A stretch of DNA of 38,185 nt from Candidatus Methylomirabilia bacterium (GTDB lineage Bacteria > Methylomirabilota > Methylomirabilia > Rokubacteriales > CSP1-6): the NCBI GenBank assembly GCA_041497895.1, contig JBGQHJ010000029.1, forward strand, positions 1 to 38,185, given 5' to 3'. Of this stretch, positions 25,011 to 33,150 are shown piece after piece. Under the pieces are notes generated by a model. The model was given only the letters and a program-made list of their open reading frames with translations, was not told where the DNA came from and did not search any database. How positions within the stretch are numbered: the first letter of the stretch is position 1; each line of letters opens with the position of its first letter. Both the position numbers and the translations under genes were made by a program.

Positions 25011-26699
25011 CTAGGTCCGCGCGGCCGCGCCGTAGTCGCGCCGCGCGGCCTCCGGGCTCACGTAGCCCTCCCGCACGTCGCGCCGGACCGCCTCCGGGTC
25101 CCGCTCGGCGGCCGGCCCGTAGCCTCCGCCCCCGCCGGTGAGAATGCGCACGCGCTCGCCGGCCGCGATCGGATGCTGGGTCGCCTTGCGCACGTGGCGC
25201 ACGGCCCCGTCGGGCGCGGTGATCTCGACCCCGTTGACCGCGCCGTCCTGACCGCCCCGCAGGCCCCAGGGCGGGGTCACCTTGCGCTCGAGACTGAAGG
25301 TGATGAACGCGGGGGCGAGGAACTCGTAGAGCCGCTCGATACCGAGCCCGCCCCGGTAGCGCCCGGCGCCGCCCGAGTCCGGGCGCAGGCCGTAGCGCAG
25401 GATGCGGATCGACGGGGTGCGCGACTCGACGACCTCCACCGGGTTGTTGCGCGCGGTCGACCCCGCGAAGATGATCATGGCGGACTCGCCGTCGTAGGCC
25501 GGCCGCGCCCCGGTGCCGCCCGCGTTGAGATCGCCCTGGATGAACAGGCGGCCGGTCTCGGGATGCGTGCCGAAGGCGATGGTCGGCATCTGATCGCCGT
25601 AGGAGCCGGCCGGGATGCGCTCCGGCATCGCCTCCGAGAGCGCACGCAGCCCCAGGTCGATTAGAAGATTTATCGGCACGTAGTAGCGCGCGGTCGGGGC
25701 CGGCTCCTCGCAGGCCAGCACCGAGCGTTTTGGGATCAACACTCGGAGAGGCCGGAAGCAGCCCTCGTCCACCGGGGTGAGCGGGGTGGACAGGCACTTG
25801 ATGAGCAGCCGGCAGGCGCTGATCGTGATCGCGTCGCCGCAGTTGAACGGGCCCACCACCTGCGGGCTCGAGCCGGTGAAGTCCACCGTCATCGCGCCGT
25901 CGTCCAGCGTGATCGCCATCTCGATACGTACCGGCTGGTCGAGGGTGATGCCGTCGTTGTCGAAGTGGGCGACCGCGCGATAGGTGCCGGCCGGGATGCG
26001 GGCCAGCTCGGCGCGGGTGCGCCGCTCGGACTGCTCGAGGTAGACGCGGGTGGACTCGAGCACGGTGTCGCGGCCGTACTTGCCGAGGATCTCGCGGAAG
26101 TAGGCCAGGCCGGCCCGGCACACCGCGATCATGGCCTGGATATCCTTGAGGGTGCCGCTCTCGGTGCGGATGTTGCCGGCGATGAGCCGCATCACCTCCT
26201 CGTTCAGCTCCCCGCGGCTGAACAGGCGCACCGACTGGAAGCGGAGCCCCTCCTGCCGGAACTCCCTCGAGCCGATCTGCATGGAGCTCGGCACCGGGCC
26301 GCCCACGTCGCTCCAGTGGGCCTTCACCGAGACGAAGCCGGTGAGCTGACCCTCCCAGAAGACCGGCGCGTACATCGCCACGTCGTTCAGGTGGTTGCCG
26401 TTGCCCGCGTAGGGGTCGTTGTGGATGAAGACGTCGCCCTCGCGGAACGCGGCGAGGCCGCGGTCGGCGATGGTGGCCTGGATCGGGAAGCCCAGGTGCC
26501 CCTGGAAGACGGGCAGCCCGATGCCCTGGGCGATCATCTGCACGTCGGGGTCGAAGATCGCACACCCGAAGTCGAGGCTCTCGCTGATGATGTGGTTGTA
26601 GGCGGTCTTGATCATGGTGATCCGCATGCGCTCGGCGGCGGCGTTGAGCGCGGCGCGGACCACCTCGACGGTCACCGCGTCGAGCGGCTGGTTCCCCAT
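25011..26699 (-). CDS. Hydantoinase B / 5-oxoprolinase family subunit
   Basis: TAYNHIISESLDF, GDVFIHNDPY...HLND, KAHWSDVGG, DFTGS, NPVEVVE, DSGGAGRYRGG, TGGGGGYG. Confidence 0.93.
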   Translation of the reverse strand: MGNQPLDAVTVEVVRAALNAAAERMRITMIKTAYNHIISESLDFGCAIFDPDVQMIAQGIGLPVFQGHLGFPIQATIADRGLAAFREGDVFIHNDPYAGNGNHLNDVAMYAPVFWEGQLTGFVSVKAHWSDVGGPVPSSMQIGSREFRQEGLRFQSVRLFSRGELNEEVMRLIAGNIRTESGTLKDIQAMIAVCRAGLAYFREILGKYGRDTVLESTRVYLEQSERRTRAELARIPAGTYRAVAHFDNDGITLDQPVRIEMAITLDDGAMTVDFTGSSPQVVGPFNCGDAITISACRLLIKCLSTPLTPVDEGCFRPLRVLIPKRSVLACEEPAPTARYYVPINLLIDLGLRALSEAMPERIPAGSYGDQMPTIAFGTHPETGRLFIQGDLNAGGTGARPAYDGESAMIIFAGSTARNNPVEVVESRTPSIRILRYGLRPDSGGAGRYRGGLGIERLYEFLAPAFITFSLERKVTPPWGLRGGQDGAVNGVEITAPDGAVRHVRKATQHPIAAGERVRILTGGGGGYGPAAERDPEAVRRDVREGYVSPEAARRDYGAAART

Positions 26700-26700
26700 G

Positions 26701-28722
26701 TCAGACCCCTTTCGCCACGTCGATCACCAGGCAGGCGTTGCCGTCCACCTGCAGGCGATCGCCCGGCTCCAGCATGGTGGTGGTGCCCGCCTCCTCGACG
26801 GCGGCGGGCCCCTCGATCACGTCGCCGGCCCGCAGCCGGTCGCGCGGGTAGACCCGATACTCGAGCAGGTCGCGGAGCAGCGTGGAGTAGATCTTGCGCG
26901 TCTCGAACGCGGGCGCGCGGCCCGTCCCCCGCTCGAGTGCGGGCAGCGGTGCGCGCTCGAGCGGGTACACCACCGCCAGGCGCAGGTTCAGGAGCTGCAC
27001 CTCGACGTCCGGCGCGGCGTAGCCGTAGGCGCGCTCGTGCGCCGCATCGAAGCGGCTCCGCAGCGAGGCCCAGTCCTCGAGGCCGCCGACCGGGACGGTG
27101 ACGGTGTGCTCCTGTCCGAGGTAGCGGAGATCCGCCGCGCGGTGGCGGACCGCGGTCCCGACCGGCGGCAGGATGGCCTCGATCTCGGTCTCCATCTCGC
27201 GATAGCGCGCCTCCGCCCACCCGCCGTCCGTCCCCTCGAGCGGCTCGAGCACGGTGCGCACCAGGTCGTGACGGAGATCGGTGGCGAGCATGCCCCACGC
27301 CGAGAAGGTCGAGGGTGCGGGCGGGATGATCACCCGCGGGATGCCCAGCTCCCGCGCGATCGCGACGGCGTGCAGCGGGCCGCCACCTCCATAAGCGACC
27401 AGTGCATAGTCGCGCGGGTCGAGCCCGCGCTCGGTGGTGATGCTGCGCACCGCGAGCGCCATCTTCACGTCGGCGAGCCGGACGACTCCCGCCGCCGCGC
27501 TGTCGCGGGCGAGGCCGAGCGGCAGGCCGAGCCGCTCCTCGATCGCGCGCGCCGCCGCGGCGTGGTCGAGCGGCATGGTGCCGCCGAGGAAGCGGCCCGC
27601 CGCGATGCGTCCCAGCACCAGGTTGGCGTCGGTGACGGTGGGCTCGGTCCCGCCGCGGCCGTAGCACACCGGCCCCGGGTCGGCGCCCGCGCTCTGCGGT
27701 CCCAGCGAGAGCGCCCCGCCCGCGTCGATCCAGGCGATGGTGCCGCCCCCCGCGCTCACCTCGGTGATGTCGATCACCGGGATGCGGAGCGGGTGCCCGT
27801 CGACGTGGTACTCGTCGGTGGTCTGCACGAGCCCGCCCGCCACGATCGCGCACTTGGCGGTGGTCCCGCCCATGTCGAAGGAGATGAGCCGGTCGGCCCC
27901 GAGGGCCTGGGCCAGGCTCGCGCAGCCGATGGCGCCCGCGGCCGGCCCGGACTCGATCGTGTGGACCGGCTTGGAGGCCGCCGCCGCCACCGAGAAGGCG
28001 CCGCCGTTGGACTGGGTGATCAGGAGCTGGCCGCGGAAGCCGCGGCCGGCCAGTCCGCGCTCGAACGCGCCCAGGTAGCGGTCCATGATCGGCCGCACGT
28101 AGGCGTTGACCACGGTGGTGCTGGTCCGCTCGTACTCGCGCCACTCCTGGGTGATCCGGTGCGAGACCGAGATCGACACGCCGGGCAGCATCTCGGCCAG
28201 GATCTCGGCCGCGCGCCGCTCGTGCTCCGGGTTGCGGAACGAGAACAGGAAGGACACCGCGACCGACTCCACACCCTCGGCGCCGAGCTGCCGGGCCGCG
28301 GCCCGCACCGCGGCCTCGTCGAGCGGGGCCAGGATCTCCCCGCGGGCGGTCACCCGCTCGGCCACCTCGAGCCGCCGCCCGCGCGGCACCAGCGGGGTCG
28401 GCCGCCGGTAGAGCACGTCGTACATGCGCAGGAAGTTGCCGCGACCGATCTCGAGCACGTCCCGGAAGCCCTCGGTGGTGACGAGGCCGGTCCGGGCCCC
28501 CTTGTGCTCGAGCAGGGCGTTGATCCCGATGGTGGTGCCGTGGATGGCGAGCCGGCAGTCGTCGAGGCGCGCGCCGGCCTGGTCCACGCAGCGGAGGATG
28601 CCCTGCAGCAGGTCCTGGGGGGTCGAGAGCGCCTTGGTGTCGACCAGGACGCCCGTCGCCTCGTCCAGCGCGACCAGGTCCGTGAAGGTACCGCCGATGT
28701 CGATGCCGATCCGGAGAGCCAC
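26701..28722 (-). CDS. Hydantoinase A / 5-oxoprolinase family subunit (ATP-binding)
   Basis: GTG at 28722: RIGIDIGGTFTD, HGTT, TTEGFRD, REYERTST, ESGPAAG, DMGGTT, GADPGPVCY, PTVTDAN. Confidence 0.93.
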   Translation of the reverse strand: MALRIGIDIGGTFTDLVALDEATGVLVDTKALSTPQDLLQGILRCVDQAGARLDDCRLAIHGTTIGINALLEHKGARTGLVTTEGFRDVLEIGRGNFLRMYDVLYRRPTPLVPRGRRLEVAERVTARGEILAPLDEAAVRAAARQLGAEGVESVAVSFLFSFRNPEHERRAAEILAEMLPGVSISVSHRITQEWREYERTSTTVVNAYVRPIMDRYLGAFERGLAGRGFRGQLLITQSNGGAFSVAAAASKPVHTIESGPAAGAIGCASLAQALGADRLISFDMGGTTAKCAIVAGGLVQTTDEYHVDGHPLRIPVIDITEVSAGGGTIAWIDAGGALSLGPQSAGADPGPVCYGRGGTEPTVTDANLVLGRIAAGRFLGGTMPLDHAAAARAIEERLGLPLGLARDSAAAGVVRLADVKMALAVRSITTERGLDPRDYALVAYGGGGPLHAVAIARELGIPRVIIPPAPSTFSAWGMLATDLRHDLVRTVLEPLEGTDGGWAEARYREMETEIEAILPPVGTAVRHRAADLRYLGQEHTVTVPVGGLEDWASLRSRFDAAHERAYGYAAPDVEVQLLNLRLAVVYPLERAPLPALERGTGRAPAFETRKIYSTLLRDLLEYRVYPRDRLRAGDVIEGPAAVEEAGTTTMLEPGDRLQVDGNACLVIDVAKGV

Positions 28723-28731
28723 GTTTCGCGG

Positions 28732-28785
28732 AGTATAGGGCCCGCCGCCCCGGGTCGCAAGCGGATCGCCCTCCCGTGATACCCT
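28732..28785. promoter_or_regulatory. Back-to-back divergent promoters (hydantoinase operon / acyl-CoA dehydrogenase operon)
   Basis: Minus strand: TTGCGA (28760-28755), 17 nt, TATACT (28737-28732), 9 nt before GTG. Plus strand: TGaTACCCT (28777-28785), 6 nt before GTG 28792. Confidence 0.6.
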
Positions 28786-28791
28786 CCCGGC

Positions 28792-30027
28792 GTGACCGCG
28801 ATCGGCTTCGACATCCCCGCGGACATCACCCGCATCGTGGCGGGCCTCACACAATTCGTCCGGGCCGAGGTGATCACGCGGCACGGCAAGCACGCGGCCC
28901 TCCTCGACGACCCGCGGCAGCGCTACGGGCCGGACGGCCGCTTCGTGCCCTCGGTGGTCGACCTGATCCGCGAGGTGCGCGTGGCCTCCGCCGCCGCGGG
29001 CTACTTCAACCTGTGCGTCCCGGTTTCGATGGGCGGCCTCGGCCAGGGCCACCTCGCCTACTACGTGGCCTGGGAGGCGATCAACCACCTCTGCGGGCCC
29101 CACCACTGGCTCGGCACCTTCGCGCTCAGCCACTGGGCCTTCGGCCCGAGCGTGGTGCTCGAGCAGCTCACCAAGGGCGCGCGCGAGCGCGCACTGGCGG
29201 GCTTGGTCTCGGGCCGCCAGTCCATGTGCTTCGGCCTCTCGGAGCCGGGGGCCGGATCCGACGCCACCATGATCGCGACCCGCGCGGTCGCCGAGGGCTC
29301 CGGCTGGCGGATCACCGGCCGGAAGATGTGGACGTCGAACATCACCTTCGCGGACTGGATCGTGGTCTTCGCGGTGACCGATCCCACCCGGGCCGCGGCC
29401 AAGCGCGGCGGCATCAGCGCGTTCCTGGTGCCCACCACCGCGCCCGGCTTCGCGCTCCAGCGGGTGACCCTGCTCCAGGGCGACATCGGCGGGGTCGAGG
29501 GCGAGTCCACCTTCGACGGGGTGTGGGTCGAGCCCTGGCAGCTCGTGGGCCCGCTCCACGAGGGCTTCCGCATCGCGCTGCTCGGCGTCTCGCTCGGGCG
29601 CGTCTACAACTCGGCGCGCGCGGTCGGCCTCGCCCGCTGGGCGCTCGAGAAGGCGGTGGCCTACGCGGGCCAGCGGGTGGCCTTCGGCGCGCCGATCGCG
29701 GAGCACCAGGGGGTCGCGTTTCCGCTCGCCGAGTCGGCGATGGAGGTGCACGCGGCCCACCTGGCCGGCCTCAACGCCGCGATGCTCCTCGACCGCGGCG
29801 AGCGCGCGATCAAGGAGCTCTCGATGGCCAAGGCCTACTCGGTGGAGGTCTGCCTGCGCGCGATCGACCGGGCCATCCAGACCCACGGCGGCATGGGCCT
29901 CACCAACGAGGTGGGCCTGGTGCACGCCTACAACACGCTCCGCATCATCAACATCGCGGACGGCACCAACGAGATCCTCCGGCGCACCATCTTCCAGCAG
30001 CTCGCCCGCGGCGATCTCGACCTCTGA
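28792..30027 (+). CDS. Acyl-CoA dehydrogenase family protein
   Basis: CFGLSEPGAGSDA, GRKMWTSN, GGISAFLV, RVAFG, SMAKAY, AIQTHGGMG, DGTNEI. Confidence 0.93.
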   Translation: MTAIGFDIPADITRIVAGLTQFVRAEVITRHGKHAALLDDPRQRYGPDGRFVPSVVDLIREVRVASAAAGYFNLCVPVSMGGLGQGHLAYYVAWEAINHLCGPHHWLGTFALSHWAFGPSVVLEQLTKGARERALAGLVSGRQSMCFGLSEPGAGSDATMIATRAVAEGSGWRITGRKMWTSNITFADWIVVFAVTDPTRAAAKRGGISAFLVPTTAPGFALQRVTLLQGDIGGVEGESTFDGVWVEPWQLVGPLHEGFRIALLGVSLGRVYNSARAVGLARWALEKAVAYAGQRVAFGAPIAEHQGVAFPLAESAMEVHAAHLAGLNAAMLLDRGERAIKELSMAKAYSVEVCLRAIDRAIQTHGGMGLTNEVGLVHAYNTLRIINIADGTNEILRRTIFQQLARGDLDL

Positions 30028-30040
30028 GGGAGAGGCCCCC

Positions 30041-30844
30041 ATGCGATTCGACGGCAAGGTGGCGCTGGTGTCGGGCGCCGGCTCCGGCATCGGCCGGGCG
30101 ACCGCGCTCGGCTTCGCGGCGCGCGGCGCCCGGGTGGCAGTCGCGGACCTCGACGGCAGGCGCGCGGACGCGGTGACCGCGGAGATCCAGGCCGTGGGCG
30201 GCACCGCGGTCGCGATCGCCGCCGACGCGGGCACCCCGGCCGGCATCGAGGCGATGGTCGGCGGCGCGGTGCGGACCTTCGGCGGGCTCGACATCCTGCA
30301 CAACAATGCGTTCGGCCAGCCCGCCCTGCCGCCCGGCAAGAGCCGCCTCGCCTTCACCGGCGACCTCGACGACGCGGTGTGGACCCACACCATCGAGCTG
30401 GGTCTCACCGGCGTCTTCCGCGCCACGAAGCGGGCGATCCCGGAGCTGCTCGCGCGCGGCGGGGGCACCATCGTCAACACCGCGTCGATCTCCGGCCTCT
30501 TCGCCGACTTCGCGATCGCCGCCTACAACACCGCCAAGGCCGGCGTGATCAACCTCACCCGGGTGACCGCGATCGAGTACGCGGGACGCGGCATCCGCGT
30601 CAACTGCGTCTGCCCGGGCGCGATCGACACCCCGCTGCTGCGCCCCTCGCTCGGCATTCCCGGCTTCGCCGAGACCACCACCGCGATGATCCCGATGCGG
30701 CGGCTCGGCCGGCCGGAGGAGATCGCCAACGTGGTGCTGTTCCTGGCCTCCGACCTCGCGTCCTACGTCACCGGCGCGGCGCTGGTGGCCGACGGCGGCC
30801 TGACCGTCCAGACCGGGATGCCGTCGCGGATCCCCCTGCCCTGA
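30041..30844 (+). CDS. Short-chain dehydrogenase/reductase (classical SDR)
   Basis: SGAGSGIG, HNNA, IVNTAS, YNTAK (YxxxK), IRVNCVCPG, DGG. Confidence 0.93.
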   Translation: MRFDGKVALVSGAGSGIGRATALGFAARGARVAVADLDGRRADAVTAEIQAVGGTAVAIAADAGTPAGIEAMVGGAVRTFGGLDILHNNAFGQPALPPGKSRLAFTGDLDDAVWTHTIELGLTGVFRATKRAIPELLARGGGTIVNTASISGLFADFAIAAYNTAKAGVINLTRVTAIEYAGRGIRVNCVCPGAIDTPLLRPSLGIPGFAETTTAMIPMRRLGRPEEIANVVLFLASDLASYVTGAALVADGGLTVQTGMPSRIPLP

Positions 30845-30868
30845 CCGCTCCGACAGGAGAGAGAGACC

Positions 30869-32074
30869 ATGCGCTGGCCCGCCCCCGTGATGACCGCTCT
30901 CGTGCTCTGCCTGCTGCTGGCGCCCTCCATCGGCCTCGCCCAGGACGGCGCGGTGAAGATCGGGGTCCTCGACGACATGTCGGGCCCCTACTCGGAGAAC
31001 ACGGGGCCGGGCGATCTGCTCGCGGCGCGCATGGCGGTGGCCGACTTCGGCGGCCGCGCGCTCGGCAAGCCCATCGAGGTGGTCTCCGCCGACATGCAGA
31101 ACAAGGTCGACGTCGGGGTCGGGATCGCCCGGCGCTGGTACGAGCAGGACCAGGTCGACCTGATCATCGGCATCCCCCACTCCGCGATCGCCCTCGGCGT
31201 GGTCAAGCTCGCCGAGCAGACGAATCGTCTGGTGATGCCGACCGCAGCCGCCACCGCGGAGCTGACCGGCAAGGCCTGCTCGGCCCACAGCGTGCACTGG
31301 GTCTACGACACCTACGGCCAGAGCAAGACCATCGCCAGCGCCATCGTGAAGCAGGGCGGCGACTCCTGGTTCTTCATCACCGTCGACTACGCCTTCGGCA
31401 TCGCGCTCGAGCAGAACGCGACCGACTTCGTCAAGGCGGCCGGGGGCCGGGTGCTGGGCTCGACCCGCCACCCCCTCAACACCTCCGACTTCTCCTCGTT
31501 CCTGCTGCAGGCCCAGGCCTCCAAGGCGAAGGTGGTGGTGATGGCCAACGGCGGCACCGACATCACCAACGCGATCAAGCAGGCGAAGGAGTTCGGCCTC
31601 GACCGCGGCGGCCAGCAGCTGGCGGGGCTCCTCATCCAGTACCCCGAGGTCCACGCGCTGGGGCTGCCCACCGCCCAGGGGCTCCTGATGGCCGCCTCGT
31701 TCTACTGGGACATGAGCCCCGAGGCGCGCGCCTTCACCGACCGCTTCACCGCCGCCAAGGGCATGCCGCCCACCATGATCCAGGCCGGCACCTACGGAGC
31801 GACGATGCACTACCTGAAGGCGGTGCAGGCCGCCGGCACCGACGAGGCGAAGGCGGTGATGGCGAAGATGAAGGAGATGCCGATCAACGACTTCATGACC
31901 CGGCAGGGGCGCATCCGGGAGGACGGCCGGGTGATCCGGGACATGTACCTGATGCAGGTGAAGAAACCCGAGTCGAAGGGCGAGTGGGACCTGGCCCGCA
32001 TCGTGAGCACCATCCCGGGCGACCAGGCCTTCCGGCCACTCGCCGAGGGCGGCTGTCCGCTGGTGAAGAAGTGA
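30869..32074 (+). CDS. ABC transporter substrate-binding protein, branched-chain amino acid (LivJ-like) type
   Basis: Signal peptide; VKIGVLDDMSGPY, ADMQNKVD, WFFITVDYAFG, HPLNTSDFSSFLLQAQAS, IREDGRVIRDMYL. Confidence 0.92.
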   Translation: MRWPAPVMTALVLCLLLAPSIGLAQDGAVKIGVLDDMSGPYSENTGPGDLLAARMAVADFGGRALGKPIEVVSADMQNKVDVGVGIARRWYEQDQVDLIIGIPHSAIALGVVKLAEQTNRLVMPTAAATAELTGKACSAHSVHWVYDTYGQSKTIASAIVKQGGDSWFFITVDYAFGIALEQNATDFVKAAGGRVLGSTRHPLNTSDFSSFLLQAQASKAKVVVMANGGTDITNAIKQAKEFGLDRGGQQLAGLLIQYPEVHALGLPTAQGLLMAASFYWDMSPEARAFTDRFTAAKGMPPTMIQAGTYGATMHYLKAVQAAGTDEAKAVMAKMKEMPINDFMTRQGRIREDGRVIRDMYLMQVKKPESKGEWDLARIVSTIPGDQAFRPLAEGGCPLVKK

Positions 32075-32090
32075 TGACGGGCGCGTCCGG

Positions 32091-32279
32091 TCAGGCCTCG
32101 TATTCCTGGACGACCTCGATCGCCACGTCGCCGTCGTCGTCGAAGGTGAGCGTGATGAGGTTCGGGCGGCAGCACACCGTGCAGTCCTCGGTGAACGTCT
32201 GGTGGCGGCCGCCGCTCGGGTCCACGAAGACGTCGTTCTCCTCGCCGCAGAAGACGCAGTCGTACGTCACGCGCTCCAT
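32091..32279 (-). CDS. Small cysteine-rich (CPXCG-motif family) zinc-ribbon-like protein
   Basis: MERVTYDCVFCGEENDVFVDPSGGRHQTFTEDCTVCCRPN...: CxxCGE plus EDCxVCCRP pattern. Alternative start GTG 32270. Confidence 0.82.
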   Translation of the reverse strand: MERVTYDCVFCGEENDVFVDPSGGRHQTFTEDCTVCCRPNLITLTFDDDGDVAIEVVQEYEA

Positions 32280-32297
32280 TCTACGCGGAGAGGCCCG

Positions 32298-33062
32298 ATG
32301 AGGTTCCAGGGGAAGGTCGCGCTGATCTCGGCGGCGGGCGCGGGCATCGGTCGGGCGACCGCGATGATCATCGCGCGCGAGGGCGGCACCGTGGTCGGAG
32401 TCGACGTCGAGCCGGGCGCGCTCGATCGCCTCACCGCGGACGTGACGGCCGCGGGCGGCCGCGCGCTGGCCCTGCGGGCCGACGCGCTCGACGCGGCCGC
32501 GGTGGAGGGCGTGGTGAAGCGGGCGGTCGACGCCCACGGCCGCATCGACATCCTGGTCAACGCGGTGGGCGGCAGCACCATCGTGGCCCGGCCCGCCGCC
32601 GCACTCGACGAGCTCACGCTGGCGGAGTGGCAGAAGCTGCTCGACTTCAACCTCACCGGCACCTTTCTCTTCACCCACGCGGTGGTGCCGGTGATGAAGC
32701 GGCAGGGAGCCGGCAAGATCGTCAACCTCTCGTCGATCGCCGGGCGCGGGGTGAGCCAGTCGAGCTCGAGCGCCTACGCCACCGCCAAGGGCGGCATCAT
32801 CGCCCTGACCCGCAAGCTCGCCTTCGAGCTCGGCCCCCACGGCATCACCGTCAACGCCATCGCCCCGAGCCTCACCCTCTCCGAGCGCATCCGCCCGCAC
32901 TGGGACCGGCGCTCCGCCGAGGGCCAGGCCGCCGAGATCCGGCGCACGCCGCTCGGGCGGGTGGCCACCCCCGAGGACCAGGCCCGCGTCATCTGCTTCC
33001 TGGCCTCCGCCGACGCGGACTTCGTGACCGGCGTCACCATCGACGTCACCGGCGGGCAGTAG
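32298..33062 (+). CDS. Short-chain dehydrogenase/reductase
   Basis: SD GGAGAGG and ATG at 32298. SAAGAGIG, LVNAVG, IVNLSS, YATAK, ITVNAIAP. Confidence 0.92.
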   Translation: MRFQGKVALISAAGAGIGRATAMIIAREGGTVVGVDVEPGALDRLTADVTAAGGRALALRADALDAAAVEGVVKRAVDAHGRIDILVNAVGGSTIVARPAAALDELTLAEWQKLLDFNLTGTFLFTHAVVPVMKRQGAGKIVNLSSIAGRGVSQSSSSAYATAKGGIIALTRKLAFELGPHGITVNAIAPSLTLSERIRPHWDRRSAEGQAAEIRRTPLGRVATPEDQARVICFLASADADFVTGVTIDVTGGQ

Positions 33063-33081
33063 CGGGGCGCAACCCCCCAAC

Positions 33082-33127
33082 TTGACAAGGCCCGGACGGG
33101 GGGACTAGGGTTCGGCAAGCGCTTGCA
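33082..33127 (+). promoter_or_regulatory. Sigma70-type promoter with a palindromic, LacI-like operator
   Basis: TTGACA (33082-33087), 18 nt, TAGGGT (33106-33111), then the perfect palindrome GCAAGC|GCTTGC (33115-33126). Confidence 0.65.
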
Positions 33128-33150
33128 CCAGGACGGCGAGGAGCCACCTC

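Noticed and set aside
23797..26565. 922-aa ORF
   Set aside because: The upstream part is an Arg/Pro-rich alternative frame over hydantoinase B. Only 24999..23797 has amidohydrolase motifs.
26701..30480. 1259-aa ORF suggesting a giant hydantoinase fusion
   Set aside because: The N-terminal ~585 aa are the antisense of the acyl-CoA dehydrogenase and SDR genes. The real gene starts at GTG 28722 behind its own promoter.
33064..33079. GGGG-CGCAA-CCCC mini-hairpin as terminator of the SDR
   Set aside because: Only a 4-bp stem and no U tract.
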